Position numbers and translations under genes: made by a program. Below, one piece after another: positions 38,689 to 55,090 of a stretch of 64,000 bases of DNA. This stretch comes from Chrysomallon squamiferum (lineage: Eukaryota > Animalia > Mollusca). The stretch covers positions 6,572,001-6,636,000 of the forward strand of contig CM022666.1 in assembly GCA_012295275.1 (NCBI GenBank), in the 5' to 3' direction. Below the pieces are notes generated by a model. It did no database searches, had not been told where the DNA came from, and saw only the letters and a list, made by a program, of their open reading frames with translations. The first letter of the stretch is position 1, and each line of letters opens with the position of its first letter.

Positions 38689-41600
38689 TGTTATAAGCAG
38701 AAGTAGGAATGTCAGCAGCAGCTGTAGTAGTTGTAAAAGTAGTAACAGTAGTGGCGGTGTTGTTTATGATGATGGTAGTGGTGATATTTGTTTTTCGTTC
38801 AAGTACAGAGTACGTCTTCTATTAGGCGTCAACAAAAAGATGATGATGATGATGATGAAATAATAATATATTATGACTGAAAATGGAAACATGAAGTACA
38901 ACCAGTAAAGAAGTATTTACAAAATGAACCAGTACAGTTCCCGAACGTAACTCGTATGTAAATTTGTCCTGTAACGATTTAAGCCGAAATAACTTCAACT
39001 ATACGAATAGAGTAGCAGATTCTACTTTGTGAAAATACGGATTATTGGATGTTTGAGTTTAGATTGTTTTCCTAAAACTATATTTATTTTGAGTATTTGT
39101 GGGTTATTTAGAGAACTGAATAAAAGCATTTTTTTTTTTTTTTCTATGAATCGGTTCTGATATCAAATGATAATGCGTGTTTATAGAATTTTTAAAATAG
39201 CGAGTTGTCTCTGCGAGCTGGATAAATCTGAAATAAAACACTCGGTGCTTTGTTTTTATAATCCTCCTACTTTCGAAACATTTCAAGCTATGAGTTTAAA
39301 TAGAAAATATTTTATGAAAATGACAATTCCCGTCTATATTTAGGTGAACTGTCAGTCTTGAGAATGAAACCTTATAACCCTGTGCTTCCTGTATGCTATA
39401 AATACTTGTCCGTGATATATGTAATGTTATAAGAAAAAATAAAATTTCGAGTGTTAAAGCTATCAGGCCAAATTTTAATTAAACTGAACTAAAATGAAAC
39501 AGATATTTCCGATGTATCTATCATTATAGTGTTATAAATGTCACCTAAGACGTTGTTCAGTGAAGATTGACTGTTCTTTGTTTAGCTTACTAAAAAAATC
39601 AGCTTCGATTTACATTCCATGGTTGCATAGTATACGTTACATACAACTTGATTATTGATAAAATTTACATAATATCACAATAGCTAATCTGACCTCAGGG
39701 AAAAAAAAAGAAAATCGTCTTTGAATTAATCAAAATGTCTTGTAGCATACTGAGTACTTGTTGAAATCGATATGACCTGTTCTTACTTTCATGTGGTGGA
39801 TATTGTGTTTTTGATTCCGATGTCGGTTCTAAGCAACAGCTAGCTACCTGGGTTATTTACGCACAGAGTATTATGAAATGTTTCCTCTGTAAATCTATCG
39901 TGTTTTGTTTCACTTGTATTCAGGCCGAAGATATAAATAATACGAGGATATGTAATATTCAGTTACGGTTAATGTTGAAATGCTAAATTTCAGTGTGAAG
40001 ACTCATCCTTTGTACTTATAAATTTTATAATATTATTGTTTCGCTCATTGATATGACTATTCTTCTTATTTATTTATTTATTATTACTGTTATTATTATT
40101 ACTATTATTATTATTACTGTTATTATTATTACTATTATTATTATTACTTTTATTATTATTACTTTTATTATTATTGTTTTTATTACTATTATTTATTTAT
40201 TTATTTATTTGCTCCCTAATGTTTACGCTATATATCTGCATGTCTTTTGTTGTGGGGTGATATTTGTATAATGCTTTTCTTCTTTTTCATCGAAGCACTT
40301 CTACAGCAATAATTTATTTGTCTGCGCTACAGTTTCTCTTCAATATTTCATCAGTTTGTTCCTGCATGCAGTTACAAATCATGCTTATCTTACAATAATC
40401 TAGATCGTCTTTAAAAATCTGTATTTAATTTATACATTAATGGTTCAAAAACAGATCGGAAACAAACTGATAGGTTTGCGTCTCGCTAACAAACAATTCC
40501 ACGGAGTCGTTACCAGGATTGGATCGTGCTACCTGTCAGCCGAAATTCCAACTGATTAAGATATACGATGGCTGGTCATGTGTAGTTTTGTCCGATCGTT
40601 TCCTCAGTTAAAAGACATACTATAGCAGGCGTGACCATTCACTGACCAACCATTCACTGCCCACACAAACAAACAAACAAATAAAAAAAGAGGTTTAATA
40701 TTTACTATCGGACAACGAAAGGTGGGGAGCCTTGTTAGTTTAACCGTAAACTGAGACTACGGTCCGAGTTTGCTGGACAAAGATAATTAAATTGACTTAA
40801 AACCTCCATCAAAGAAACATTATCTAGGGCAGTAAACGTAGACTGGTCGCGGTGTTTGTGTTAAGGTCCTCTGTCTATAGATAACGACACGTGAGGCGCA
40901 ACCGGGTCGGGATTTGGTTAAGTCCTGAAAGAACGTGAGTAAACTGGACACGATCATGCTGCCTGACAATGACCCGTTGTGCTCCGGGGTTGGTAGGTAA
41001 ACACAGATTATGGGCGGATTTCTTAATGACGACAGAGTTCACGTGGGGATTTTCTTCTGATATTTTGCTGAGGTGCAGACGCAAGTTTAGGATCGACTAC
41101 TATTAAAGACTGGTTGTATTTGAGTTTCAGCTTCCTTGACGCATTGGCTGCATGAATTTGGCTTTTCGACCAAACTCGATCATGCAGTGGTGTTTGCCAG
41201 TCATTTAATATTACGTTTATTATTTCTGCGTCTATTTGGTTGAGTCATACTAGACTTTAAGTCTGATATGTTATGAGATCGCTTATCGGTTCCAGAACCC
41301 ATTCATTCAGAACTAAACTAAGATATCTAAAACACTACTACTGCTACTAAATCCGTCTATTAACGTTACTAACTTTCTAACACAGTAACATTGCTTTGAC
41401 GGCTTTCAGAACAGGGTTCACAAGTCAGATGTTGTAAAAATGTCAGTGCATGAAAAAAAGTGTTTCAAACTGAATGATTCAAAGACACTGCTTTCAGTGT
41501 AATTTTTATTTCGCAGCTCTTAACACACACAGTTCTCATTTAACGTTTACACATGGACATCCACATGATTATATGCCGACACAAACATACAGAATACACA

Positions 41601-42255
41601 AATACATATTATAAACAAAAACACAGGCTTTTTACTTATCAGCTTCGTTTACACATTCTCTGATATCTCTTTCATTAACTGAACTTCTTCACCTTTTCTT
41701 CTTTAAAGTTTAGTTATCAAAATAAATGTAATATGCATCAGTTATTTCAACATCGTTTTAAGATTCACAAACACACTAACAACATGAAAGTCTACAGTGC
41801 AAACCAGATCTGTACAATACAATCAAAGGTTGTTTTTAAAGGGTTTTCTTTTCTCCTTCTTCTTTTTTTTATTTCTTGTTTTCTTAAAAGATTAATACAT
41901 TCCTTAATGACGATCATTTTCTTATTGGTCTGACCTCTCTTTATCAAAATATTTGTCCGCTCATTGAAGTTCATTGCAAATAAACATTCACAAACATAGA
42001 AACTGAGGAACAAAAATAACTCATCAAATTTAAGTACATAAGAAAACAAATGTTAAAAAAAAAGAGAGAGTAAATTTTCGAATCGCATTGTTTCTCGAGA
42101 TGTAAATTTATCGCAAATCACAAATAACCCATCGCATTTAAGTGCACAACATAACAGAGGTTAAAAAAAAAATAAATAAATAAATAAAAGTTTCCAATCG
42201 CCATGTTTTTCGAGATATAGATTCAAGTCAAACAGATCAATGGCTATTTTCAGCC

Positions 42256-43003
42256 TGGTATGTTCACTGTACACCACGAGTGTTTTTTATACTTAGCTGC
42301 AGACTTTAAACGATTACTGCTCGTTGTATATGCACACATATTTACATACACCTGAGATATCTCTTTGGACAGCATTTGTTTTAAAATATTTGACACTAAG
42401 AGTTAAATACCGTGATGTACTGGTGTTTTGAGAGAGGCTAGACAGACAGACAGACAGGACGCCCGAAAGACATGATTCAGCGGTCTTGACATTTGAAACA
42501 TATTCATCAGGGATTCTAAAGAAGACATCTTCTGCCAAGAGGGTGTCTTTTGGCAATGAATTGACAATAGCGCAGTTGATGTTATGTCATACATATTTAA
42601 CATGTTCATACCCCAAAGATTCACGTTTGATATGCAGTCTATTACAGTCTTGCTCGAAATATTCTGTTTGTGACTCCTACAGTGCAGGTCGTTTTATGTA
42701 TGCTATTTTGTTTACGGCTGTGGCTATAAATGATTTATTTATTCATGAGAGTACTAGCGATTAGATCCACAGACATTTAAATTTTGTTTACATATATTAA
42801 GGTTTTCAACCTTCCACGTGTCGGTACAGGATTTGTCATTGTGGTCAATATATTACAGTACTTGACTCTTAGAGTCGAATATTTTAAAACAAATGTCATC
42901 CAAAGAGACGACTCAGGTGTATGTAAATATGTTATATATCACCATATAACAGCTGATCAAAAATGTACATACGTTGTGAGTTGTGTCATAGTGAACTGAT
43001 CAG
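42256..43003. mobile_element. Non-autonomous TIR element (MITE/foldback-like)
   Basis: Inverted arms at 42336-42422 and 42846-42932, with weaker inverted similarity extending to about 42256 and 43003; no coding capacity. Confidence 0.7.
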
Positions 43004-43075
43004 TATTATGAATTAATGAGAGAAGCGGGATAAAGACATAAGGAAAAAGTAAAATTTATAATGAGAGAGAGCGAT

Positions 43076-43187
<112 letters not shown>

Positions 43188-43529
43188 ATCAATAACAAGT
43201 AAACTTGATATATATTTTCCTTTCATACCTAGTTTAAAATAACGATAAAGTAAGCATAACGATAATCTGAAGACCAAACAAATGTTTCTAACACTTACTG
43301 TAAGCATGATAAAAATACATTCTGCTGGATTAACTGAAAACTGTTATTAGGAACATGGTATCTGAACATAGTACAGAAGTAGCTGAGATTTAATAAGTGC
43401 AATATATTTTTGTTGATTACGTCATACAACGAAGGAAAAACGAAAGATTTACAAATGGACAATAATGGTTATGTCTGTATTATTAATAAAATTCTTATTT
43501 ATTTTCTTTTTAATTGGTGTCACTGACTG

Positions 43530-43601
<72 letters not shown>

Positions 43602-44453
43602 ATATCTAGACATCACTCCATGTAAATTTTGCTAAACAGACTCCTAGGTAATTTCGGATAAGATTTTTTTGTCTTCTTTTATGTTATAACCATCACACAA
43701 ACATTACAAATACACTGCAGACAGTTAATACATGTGACAAAAGAAAAACTAACATACTTGATCCGCGAGAATCAGTCCCAGATAAATCTTTGCATTGTTT
43801 TCGTTTGTTCATAAGACAACGAGCTTGCTCGTAAATGCAGAGCGTAACTGGGGTGTCTAGAACGCTCCATGGACGATCATACACCACCCTCTTTTCAACT
43901 AGTTAGTTTATTTATTTATATTTATTATCCTAATAAAAATAATCAGTTTTCGTCTTCGCAGTTAAATGTAACACAGTGATATGGGTTCCCCTCTCTGAAC
44001 CGTAGGACGCGTCTCTGAAATAAGACTTTAATTCGTAATAGTTCTAGCGTTGATTCACGTATTACCGTGTAGCGCTCTTTGTCACGTAGTTTTGAACTAA
44101 TTTCGTCCTATTCGAATTGTATCGACGTTGTATAAGTTATGTTTACACGAACGTATTATAACATATTTTCCACTTAACATTCGTGGGTATTTTTAACATC
44201 ACGATTATGTTCATGAATCATTGTATTTTTTGTGAACTGAATTGCATAACGTTATCAGTATGGTTTTGTTCTTTATTTTAAATACTTTTCTTTCTTTTAT
44301 TCATTCATTCTCCCTGTCTGCCTCTTTCACCTCTCTCTTTCATTTTCTCTTTCTTTCTGTCTCTTTCTCTCATTCAGTTATTCTTTCTGTCTGCCTTTTA
44401 TTTCTTTCATTGTCTTTTCTTTCTCTCTGTATCATTCAGTCATTCTCTATGAT

Positions 44454-44552
<99 letters not shown>

Positions 44553-44978
44553 GTTTTTATTTTATTGTTCGAGAATCTAGTTCACTATAAAATCCCTTCC
44601 CATTAAAACACTACAGCATACTTCTATATCATATTACACTGATAAATTTCAGCTTTAGTTAATAAATAACATTGTAAACAAAAAACAATATTTCAATTAT
44701 TTTAGCCATTTCTGGACGGAAAAACAAAACCATAGCTCCTCATTTATCCTCTCCACACCCTTTTCCTATCTCTTATCTCTGTGTTATAATAATATGTTTA
44801 GCAGTCTGTCTATCGAAAGACACCTATGCTAAAAGCAATTACAAAGTCCATAATCTATTTATAACTTCAGGATTGAATATTTATTGAAATGTGCATTATT
44901 TAGTAAACCAGCAAAATTAATCAGAACAAAATAATAATAATAATAATAAGGAAAAGATCCTCACAATTAATTTTAAAG

Positions 44979-45018
<40 letters not shown>

Positions 45019-45595
45019 AGAGAGATTGCTTATCGTTTGTGTGTATATATACAAATATAGTTACTTACTTTATGGTTAAGCACTTGGCTTAAGCTAAAGC
45101 CACATATGGCCTCTTGTGACGTATTAAATGACATAATTAAAGAGAAAGTATATTGATAGCGGTTATCGAAGTATATTAATGTCGCAGATTCGTTGATATA
45201 TTTGTTATATAACAAACCTCGAGTATTGTTCATGTCGTTACGACAGTAATTTATTGTAATGTATATGCCAGGTTAAAGATTTCTTACATTCTCTCGCTAA
45301 TCCAGAAATAAATAGAGATGATAAATTTAACTAACAGTGTTTGTCTAGGTAAGTGACTTTCTTTGTCTGTCTATTTAGCTATCTATTTGTTCATTTTTTT
45401 TTTCTCTCTCTCACACACTGAAAGACAGAGGGAAACACAGAGAGAGATAATTTTTATAATGGCAAAGAATATAATAATTTATCAGCATACATCTAACAAA
45501 AATTTACATGCAAAAAACAACTATTTAAAAAATATTTATTATTATTGTTATTGTTGTTGTTGTTGTTGTTATTACTACTGTTGTTGTTCTTACTA

Positions 45596-45657
<62 letters not shown>

Positions 45658-46725
45658 TATATTATCGTTATTTCAAAGTCAACCACATAAGTAATCTGGA
45701 ACAACCCTCATTGTATAACAGTAAACTCCATTATAAAAGACGACTGCACACCAAACAAAGAGTCCAACAGTAAAGTCTGTTATTACAGACCACAGAAAAT
45801 TCACAATTCATGCTCTGATAATCAGACAACGTGTGCGACATGTGCCAGAAACAGCAAATTGAAATTCACGTACATTTAGCCACACTGTTGAACACACAAT
45901 ACCGTATACCAAAAGCGATGACAAGTGACATGTTTAATAAACAGAATCATTTCAATACGCCGTGACCGGAGCTTTGTATTCACGTCCAAGTTTGACGTTT
46001 AGTACCACATGTAGAATTAAAAGAAATAAAAAAAAAAAAGATCGTACTAAGTCAGCGAAATAGTCTTTGTAATTTGGAATCTTGTACCGGTAGCGAACCG
46101 ATTTGTTCAACCTTTAATTTCGGGGGCACCGACAAGATGATAAAAAGTACTGTATTAGGTTCGTGCTGGTTCGTGTATCTTCGTAAACAGCCGACTGCCG
46201 GTGATGACAATAACTGTACCCAGTGGTCTAATAATCGTATCTTCACTAACAAAGTGATGCCTTCAGCCGTATCATTGGCAAAGGTGAATCTTAATTCACT
46301 CTTCTTTAGTACGTTTTCTTTAGTCAGGGTTACAAACAACAGATTAAATGAAGACTGAGTTAAAAAGAAAACAAATAATTATTACGGGCGGGTCAAAATT
46401 ACCAAGGGGCGTATGCTGTCATTATGCACCTTATTATACAAAGCCATTAAATTCAGTTCTTGTAATCATATAAAGTTATGAATGCGAAATGGGGTAACCT
46501 AGTTCATTTTGCGTGTTTTAAATAGTTTGTATTTCTGTTTTTCCATCTCATTCAGTTGTTTTAATTTTAAAATATAAAAAAAAAAAGTTATTGTTTAACA
46601 AATAGAGTGAGCTAGTTATATTAATATTCGTATGTAGAATTTATAAACAAAACTGAAAGAGGAATGAATATGGGACATTCCTATACAGGGAGAAAGGAGA
46701 AACAAAAAGATGACTCCGAGATATG

Positions 46726-46805
<80 letters not shown>

Positions 46806-47587
46806 TTAAGACATACAAATTCTATTCTTTAATTTTGTCATTTTTGAAATCATTAGAAGATTAGTACTTGTAAAAGATTAGTAAAAATGTTTGGAATGTT
46901 ACATAATTCTTAAACGCTCAGTTAAAACACCGGAAAACTTGTATTAATTTTACCTTATAGGCTTGATCAGATATATAATACATTATTGAAGCCTGTGATA
47001 CAACGCTATAATCAACCATCACATTCATCTTACACATACTAAAAGCTCACACACATGTCATGTACGTATAACTCAAAAGCATGGAATGTCCACTAGAGAC
47101 AGCATTAGTATGTTAAAGAGTTAAAGAGAATATGATAGTCATACGCTTTCCCAATTAGTTCTAGACAAAATCCAGCAGCCGAAAGTCATTCAAAATGCCT
47201 ACCAATTTCGTGGGATAAGACTTAACGGTTAAACCAACGAGACTTGTAGAAACTACTTCAGTACAAAGTCAAGCATTTTAAACTCTTTGACCTTTCCGTT
47301 GCTTTTTCGTCTGCACCCTTTGACAAGGACAGTTAATGGACCTGTCAAATACAACCAATCGGCGTTGGCGTTTAATCTAGTATCTACATAATTATCCAAT
47401 TAAGCGACAGGTTGTATCTGACATTGTGGAAATTGTTTTCATTTCGCTGACGCGTATTATACATTAATGATTCGCGGAGAATGCCAATAATTATATTATT
47501 GTAGCCAGTTAAAAATATGATTTTTATTTGATAAATTATATATTAGAACAAGTGTTATTATGTTAAAGCAATAAATACTGGATTATT

Positions 47588-47624
<37 letters not shown>

Positions 47625-47746
47625 TTTTTATTTATTTATTTTATATATTTTATTTTATTACTACTATTATTACTGTTATTGTTATTGTAGTTGTTGTTGT
47701 TATTATTAACATTATCATTATTATTATTATTATTATTCACAAAATT

Positions 47747-47837
<91 letters not shown>

Positions 47838-48320
47838 TGTCGGTCAATACGCTGAAGACTTGCATTTCTTTTATAAGTATAATCACCCAGTTCAAAACCC
47901 ATTGAAAGTTTTATAGCGATTTTCCGGGTCAGCTGGTTTATTTCCCATAATTAGTTCCTGAACTTTTCTATTTGATATTTCATTATCACAATCGCTGTCC
48001 GAATATTTTAGGCGCGCGTGCAGTTTCGCGAACTGTGTGATCGATAGACGTCAGATTGTAATAAATCATATTTTGGGAAAATCAATTATTTGGATTAATG
48101 AAATTGATATGTGCGACAGTTGTTACGACGGTGAAGGTGATGATGACGGTATTAAAAATGGTTGTGGAAATGATATGTTGTTGTTGTTGATGTTGGTGGT
48201 GATGATGATTATGGAATCAAGGATATAAAGAGCATTTGTTTATTTTCATATTTCTGAAAAAGATTTATCAAATATACCAGTTGCATGAATAATACAAGTT
48301 AATAATAGCGAGTTCGAGTT

Positions 48321-48413
<93 letters not shown>

Positions 48414-48879
48414 ATTGTCGGTATAATTTAGAAAGAAACACACATTCTGCTTTACACACTTCCTGAGATTTTTTTTACTTTTTTTTTGTTTTACTTTTTT
48501 TTTTGAATTCACTTATCAAGCATTTGAAAAGCACGAAAATCAAATAAAACAAGGATCTACGAGTACTTATAAACTCTAACTTTGTTATCAATCACTCGTC
48601 AAGTATTTGCTGTTTGTTCAGCTCTGAGATCAGGAAAATTCAATATGGCTACCTCCCACATTTACGATTGTATCGGTGGCGCTCCACGCACGAAATGTTT
48701 CAGACGACATAACGGTTTATTTTAAGAAGTGACCCGATCTAATCACACGGTGACAGGTTCTGAGATTGTGTGTCGAAACTCTAAAATGACTTGTTGTTAC
48801 TGATAAGCTTCAGGCGTATAAGATAAAAATCTGAAACTTTCTCAGTGTGTCTCTCGTCAGTACATGTACAGACCTGTGC

Positions 48880-49040
<161 letters not shown>

Positions 49041-50513
49041 ATATCACATTTGTTTTTATTTTTTAAAAGCGAATCTATTTAATGTCACACTGGTGGAATG
49101 ACATAACTGTTAAATAATAGCAATTAAAAAGAGTGAGAAAAAACATGTTTTGGTTCGTAGGAATGTCTTGTTTTGAACTGGTTTTTGTTATGTTTATATA
49201 CGCAAACACTGGCTATAACCGATATTGCTTTGATGTTTTACAAACAGAGAGGAATGTGAAAATAATAGATTGTGACAGACATTTGATAACAACAACGTCC
49301 TTTGGGAATAACTCATTTATCTTCCCGTGATCGGTATGTATCTGAGGGGGGGAGGATCAGAGAAAGGTGTAAGTGAGGAACAGACAAGTATATGATAAGA
49401 AACACTGATAGGTATACAGATAGACAAACAGAAAGACAGACAAAAGGTATTGATAGATAAACAGATACTGACAGAAAGCATGCAGGAAAACTTACATGCC
49501 ACCAGACAGACGGACAAATAGATATTTCTAGATTATAATTATACAGAAATGAATAACAGGTAATATGAATATTAAGGTCCTGGTTTTGAACACTGAAAGA
49601 TAATGGATTAAATGAATGTGGGAGAGACAGAGACTGTGAGAAAGAAAGACAGTCACATCATACCAAATTCGTGATCGTTGAAGTATTTTTTTTTTTATTT
49701 TTATTTTTTATTTAATATAACATTTCTTACCAACCTAGTAGTGCATTCCTCTTGTTATGTCATAAAAAAAATCTTGAAAATCGGAAGGGCCATAATTCGG
49801 AAAAAAAAGCTAAATAAAGAAAGGAATTTTTTCAGTTTCGACAGGAATTTTATTGACGCTCTCCAGAGCACCCACCCACACCTTTAAACACACATTATCT
49901 TTTGTTTCTCGGGTCAAGGGTCATTTTATGAACTTTGGAAGCAAACAGGAAGTGGATATTGTAAATATGAGGGCACTGGTCACTGTTTAATTCATGTTGT
50001 AATAGCGCGTTAATTTAAGCCTGAGAAAATGTGCTTTCTGGTGCAGAAAATACCTTGATATAAGCTTGGTAGAACACGAGATGAGCCAGGCTTATGATAT
50101 CGAACCATTTTTGTCTTAAGAGTGGTCTTAATATTTGAGTTAATGTCTTAAAATCAGGATACAGTTTGTGTCTGGTTTTTGACCACGTGGAAAACCAACA
50201 AAAATAAGCTACATACGACAGTGATGAAACATTTTGGACAGAAAACTTCCTTATTTGGAACTAACATGTAATTTAAGAGATTTAAACATTTAATTCTGTA
50301 GTGGTAAAGAAAATAAATAAATAAAAAAAAGTACTAATCCAGAGTTATTTCTAAAATTATAGTATTTGCATAATTTTCGAAAATACCTGTAAAAGTGTTT
50401 TAGAAAATGTTTTCTTTTCTTTATTTGCGTGATTGTGGATGAGTCCTTTTTATTTTGAAAGCATATTTTAAACATATTTTGCATTTACAACATCCTCATT
50501 GTCGGTGTTAAAT

Positions 50514-50582
<69 letters not shown>

Positions 50583-52811
50583 AATAATAATAATAATAAT
50601 AAGTAGAAGAAGAACACAAGGAGAAAAAATAACTATTAATCAATTTAAAGCTACATGGCTAGTCCAACGACCTTGTAAGTATACGCATGCGCAATTAATC
50701 ATTTCAAACGTTCAGCATCTTTCGTCTGCCAAACTGTCTACAGTATATGCCCCGGAATCGTCAAAATCTCACAAAGGTTACTCAATACATATCTACATTA
50801 AATAACAACGTCTTAAAGAGAGTTACGTTATCTCCAAGTCTGAACCCTTTGATAATTTGCTTACGCTTCTTTTCAAGTGCGCTGTCTTTTGATAATGCGC
50901 ATTTATGATCTTCAAACTTCATTTTCAAGTGCACGATCCTGTATGATCTGTTTTTTTTTTTTTTTTTTACAAACCAGAACCTTGAGGAAGTAATCTTCTT
51001 CTTGGCAGGTAAGATGCAATCAGTAGTAATATAAATATCAAACACTGGAACAAGTCAAAGTAGACGGATAACCAAAGCAAATACGTCAAGTAAGGTTTCG
51101 TAAGCGAGCCGATTACAAACGTTTTGATTTATCCATGAATCTGTATGATTCGCTCAGCAGGGGAGCGGTGCGTCCTTGAAACAGTGTATCAACAGAGGTT
51201 TAACCTACATGATGTAACAACAGCAACAACAACAATAATAATAATAATAATAATGATAAAAACAACAACACCATCAACAACAATAACGATAACAACAACA
51301 AATTATCAATAATAATAAATAATGATTATAATAATAAAAGTATATTATTATTCTTGTTGTTTTTGAAAGCTTTGTTCTCGCTATTGATTTTTTATTGATT
51401 TTTTAAAAACATTTTTAACAATTTTGAACAGTAAAAAGTGTTGGTGAGGTTGCTGCAGTAATGATAATGGTGATGATTATAAACGGTAGTAATAATACTG
51501 ATGATAACAATAATGACAGTAATGATTATTGTTACTTTCATTAGCAAATGCATCTATTTTTCTTAAATATTATTTGGGTTTCTTTTTTCTTTCCTATTTT
51601 AGATAATCAATGACTGTTATTCATTTGAAAAAAAAGTAGTTGTATATTCGTTTCTTTTTTCCAGTCATTCATTTCTTCTTTCTTTCATTCGTCATTTTTT
51701 CCTTCGTTTTTTCCTACTTTCATTCGATTACTATATCCCATCATTCGCGAAAACTCTACAGAAATGTATTGCATTCCACACACACACAAGTGTCATTAAC
51801 GTCATACCGCTGTCAATATACAAGCCAGGTATGAAGTTACCGTCGCAGAAAAACTAGCAAGTGTACTTCGATGGCAATAAACTTCAAAATTATTGCGATA
51901 AACAACCGGAAGTAATAAAATACTAAGCGCTCGTGAATACGCGAAGAAATGCTTCACGTTATCGATACTTTAAAAGGAAGTATGCATGAATGTCGTCTGC
52001 TGAGGTGATATAGACTCAACGTGATGGACATAATAAAACAAGTGCAACTCTGGGGTTTGAGTGACTGTAGTTCCGTTAATTTTGACATGTCTAAATCCTA
52101 TTTCTAATAATAATAATAAAAGAAAGAAAGAAAGAAAGAAAGAAATAGTGAGTGAAATAATAAATACAGACGCGTATAAAAACTGAGATTAATTATGTAA
52201 CTCATATACGTACATACACATACATACACGATGCACACGCAAGCATAAATGTATACACATACAAAATCGTAGGGATCCAAATGTTGTTATTATTATTGTT
52301 GCTATTCGGTTAATTACTGTCTATTATTAATTTAATTTCTTATTAATGATTCTATATTTAATTATTATTATTAACTTTCACATTTCCCCCCTAGCAAACA
52401 TCAATATTACGTAGAGTTCTAATTAAGACATTTTTTAAAAAACATTATGATTCATGGATACATTAAAAAATTATCTTTGGCCTGGGGGAAGATCAAAACA
52501 GCAGCTGCTTGTAATTACGTCATTTTGTTTTAATTACAGTCTGACGTAATCACGTAATTAATACAATGCTTCAGTTTTCAGAATTTCATTAACATGTTTC
52601 ACGCAGTAAAGCAATGTTTCAAATTTAATACACTAAGTCTTCGATTACGAAAATTGTATTATTTTATTTCTCTAATATTAAAAATGAAGTTTCAAAAAAT
52701 AAAATTAGCGATAATTAGTTTATAATATATAATAATAACAGATATGACGTTTCAAATTTAAAAGTTAATATAATTTATTTATTTATTTAATTATTTTATT
52801 TATTTATTTGA

Positions 52812-52869
<58 letters not shown>

Positions 52870-54326
52870 TTAGATAATAATATGAAGTACAATATTTCAG
52901 TTACAGAAATATACAGATTATTTTCAAATTTAGAACATTTCCATTAAATATAGTTTCATATTCCAAACATAAGTAATCTGGAAAAAAAGTCTGATTATAC
53001 TAATTAATATGTTGAGACGAGCAACATAAATATTGTTGAGTATATTTGTATAGGAAGCAATACTAGTATAAATTTTATATTTTGTTGGTAAAAGGAAATT
53101 TTCATACCGAAATTCTTAAGTATAGAAATCAATAATATTATTTTAAATGTTCTTTTTCTTTCCTATCTAATTTTCTACTCATACATGTTACCTACTTTCC
53201 CAGACTTCAGAAATACTTAAACAGCCCTAATACCAACATTGGCAGCCTATCAATTATTCATTTGACTTTTTTCGTTCAAGGTCTTCATTACTTTTTGAAG
53301 ACGTTAACCTTAAACAAACATTTGAAAAAAAAAAAAAAAAAAAAAAACGATGATTTTGACAATATTGACATTTACCTTAAAAAAGAAGAAGAACAACAAA
53401 AAAATATCTTTAAAAAGACTATGATATTGACAATATTGACATATGAATTTGAAAATCAGAAATGGCTTACATGAAACATTGAAATTTATGTTTCTTTTTA
53501 AAAATTATTTGTCTTTATGCTCACACACCACATTGAAAAATACGTTTCTTTTCACATTTCATTTATCTCTCAGTTTATTCTTTCAAGTACACAAGACTCG
53601 CAAGCATTACAAGATAAATTCGAAAAACCGACAAACCGTGTGACAAAAAAATATTTACTTTTTGATTTACGAGGTGATGTCAGTCTTCAGACACTGGTTT
53701 CGAAAACGTAACAGATACAGTGATATTTAAAACTGGCCCAGAACAACACATAGTATCAAATACGTATGTTTTAAAAAGTTCGTACATATTATCCATGGCT
53801 ACTTATCTACATTCACATACAGACATACATACACACCAACACACGCATATACACGTATACATACACAAACACACATAGATATATAGACATAATATATATA
53901 CGTACATATATAAAGACAGATACTCACCTACATATAAAAATACCTACATATATGCATAAATTCATACATAAACATGTCATTTTAAATAATTATTTATCAT
54001 AAATGACAGTATCTGCAACAAAAAAAAAAAAAAAAAAAATAAAATAAAAGGTTATATTATTTTAATTTATTTCACTACATTAATAAGGTCTAGACTAGAC
54101 AATAAATTCAACAAGTTTGACAGATACCGGGTTCATATCCGAGTACGTTATGGGATATCGTGCTCACCTTTATCTCTCAAAATTGTCAACTCAGCAAAAC
54201 TATTCTTGCTTGTGTGCTTCGAATACTGTTTTTATACTAGAAGAGCTATCGTATGTATACGTACGTGTACGTATGTTTCTGAGTTTGCATGCTGAACCGA
54301 TTGAAGCAATGAGTAAGATTATAGAT

Positions 54327-54415
<89 letters not shown>

Positions 54416-54515
54416 ACATTCGTAGATAACGAAACAGAAACACTGATACTGATGGAGAGAAGAAAAAAGTACGGGAGAAAGAGAAAGAAAGAGAGCATAA
54501 AAAGAAGAAACAGAT

Positions 54516-54548
<33 letters not shown>

Positions 54549-54763
54549 AACAGCAACCACAACAACAAAAGAAATAAAAATAAAAATAAAATAAAATAAT
54601 AGAAACAAAGATAAGATAAAAGAAGAAGAAACGCTCGTCTCAACTTGAACTCTGTGTGTACACAGTTCTGTTTAACTAATACGTGGATTATTTCTGGTAT
54701 CGATCGTGTAATTAGCAGCGCTGTGGCATAAACAAAGACCGCAATAATCTCGTGTCATCAGAG

Positions 54764-54821
54764 GTCACGTGACTAGCCCGCAACACGTGCTACTTTTGTG
54801 CTCGGTGATTAACATCACGTG
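54764..54821. promoter_or_regulatory. Cluster of three CACGTG E-boxes including a perfect GTCACGTGAC
   Basis: CACGTG at 54766, 54784 and 54816. Confidence 0.6.
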
Positions 54822-55035
54822 AGTTAACATATACGAAGATCGATTTCAAAAATATACAAATAACAGTCATCAACGTGCAGTGATTGCATCATCAGATGTT
54901 AACGCCGTGGTTAAACAGTGTTTATTCTGTTTTTTATATCATAATTGTTGTTGTTGTCACTGTCGCCGTCATTGTTTTTGTTACTGTTATTGTATTATTA
55001 GTAATTGTTGTTGCTGTTGTTGCTTATTATTATTA

Positions 55036-55090
<55 letters not shown>

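Noticed and set aside
46052-46358. Stop-free ~95-aa frames on both strands in non-repetitive DNA
   Set aside because: No recognisable domain and no convincing splice-site pair; I cannot support an exon or TE call.
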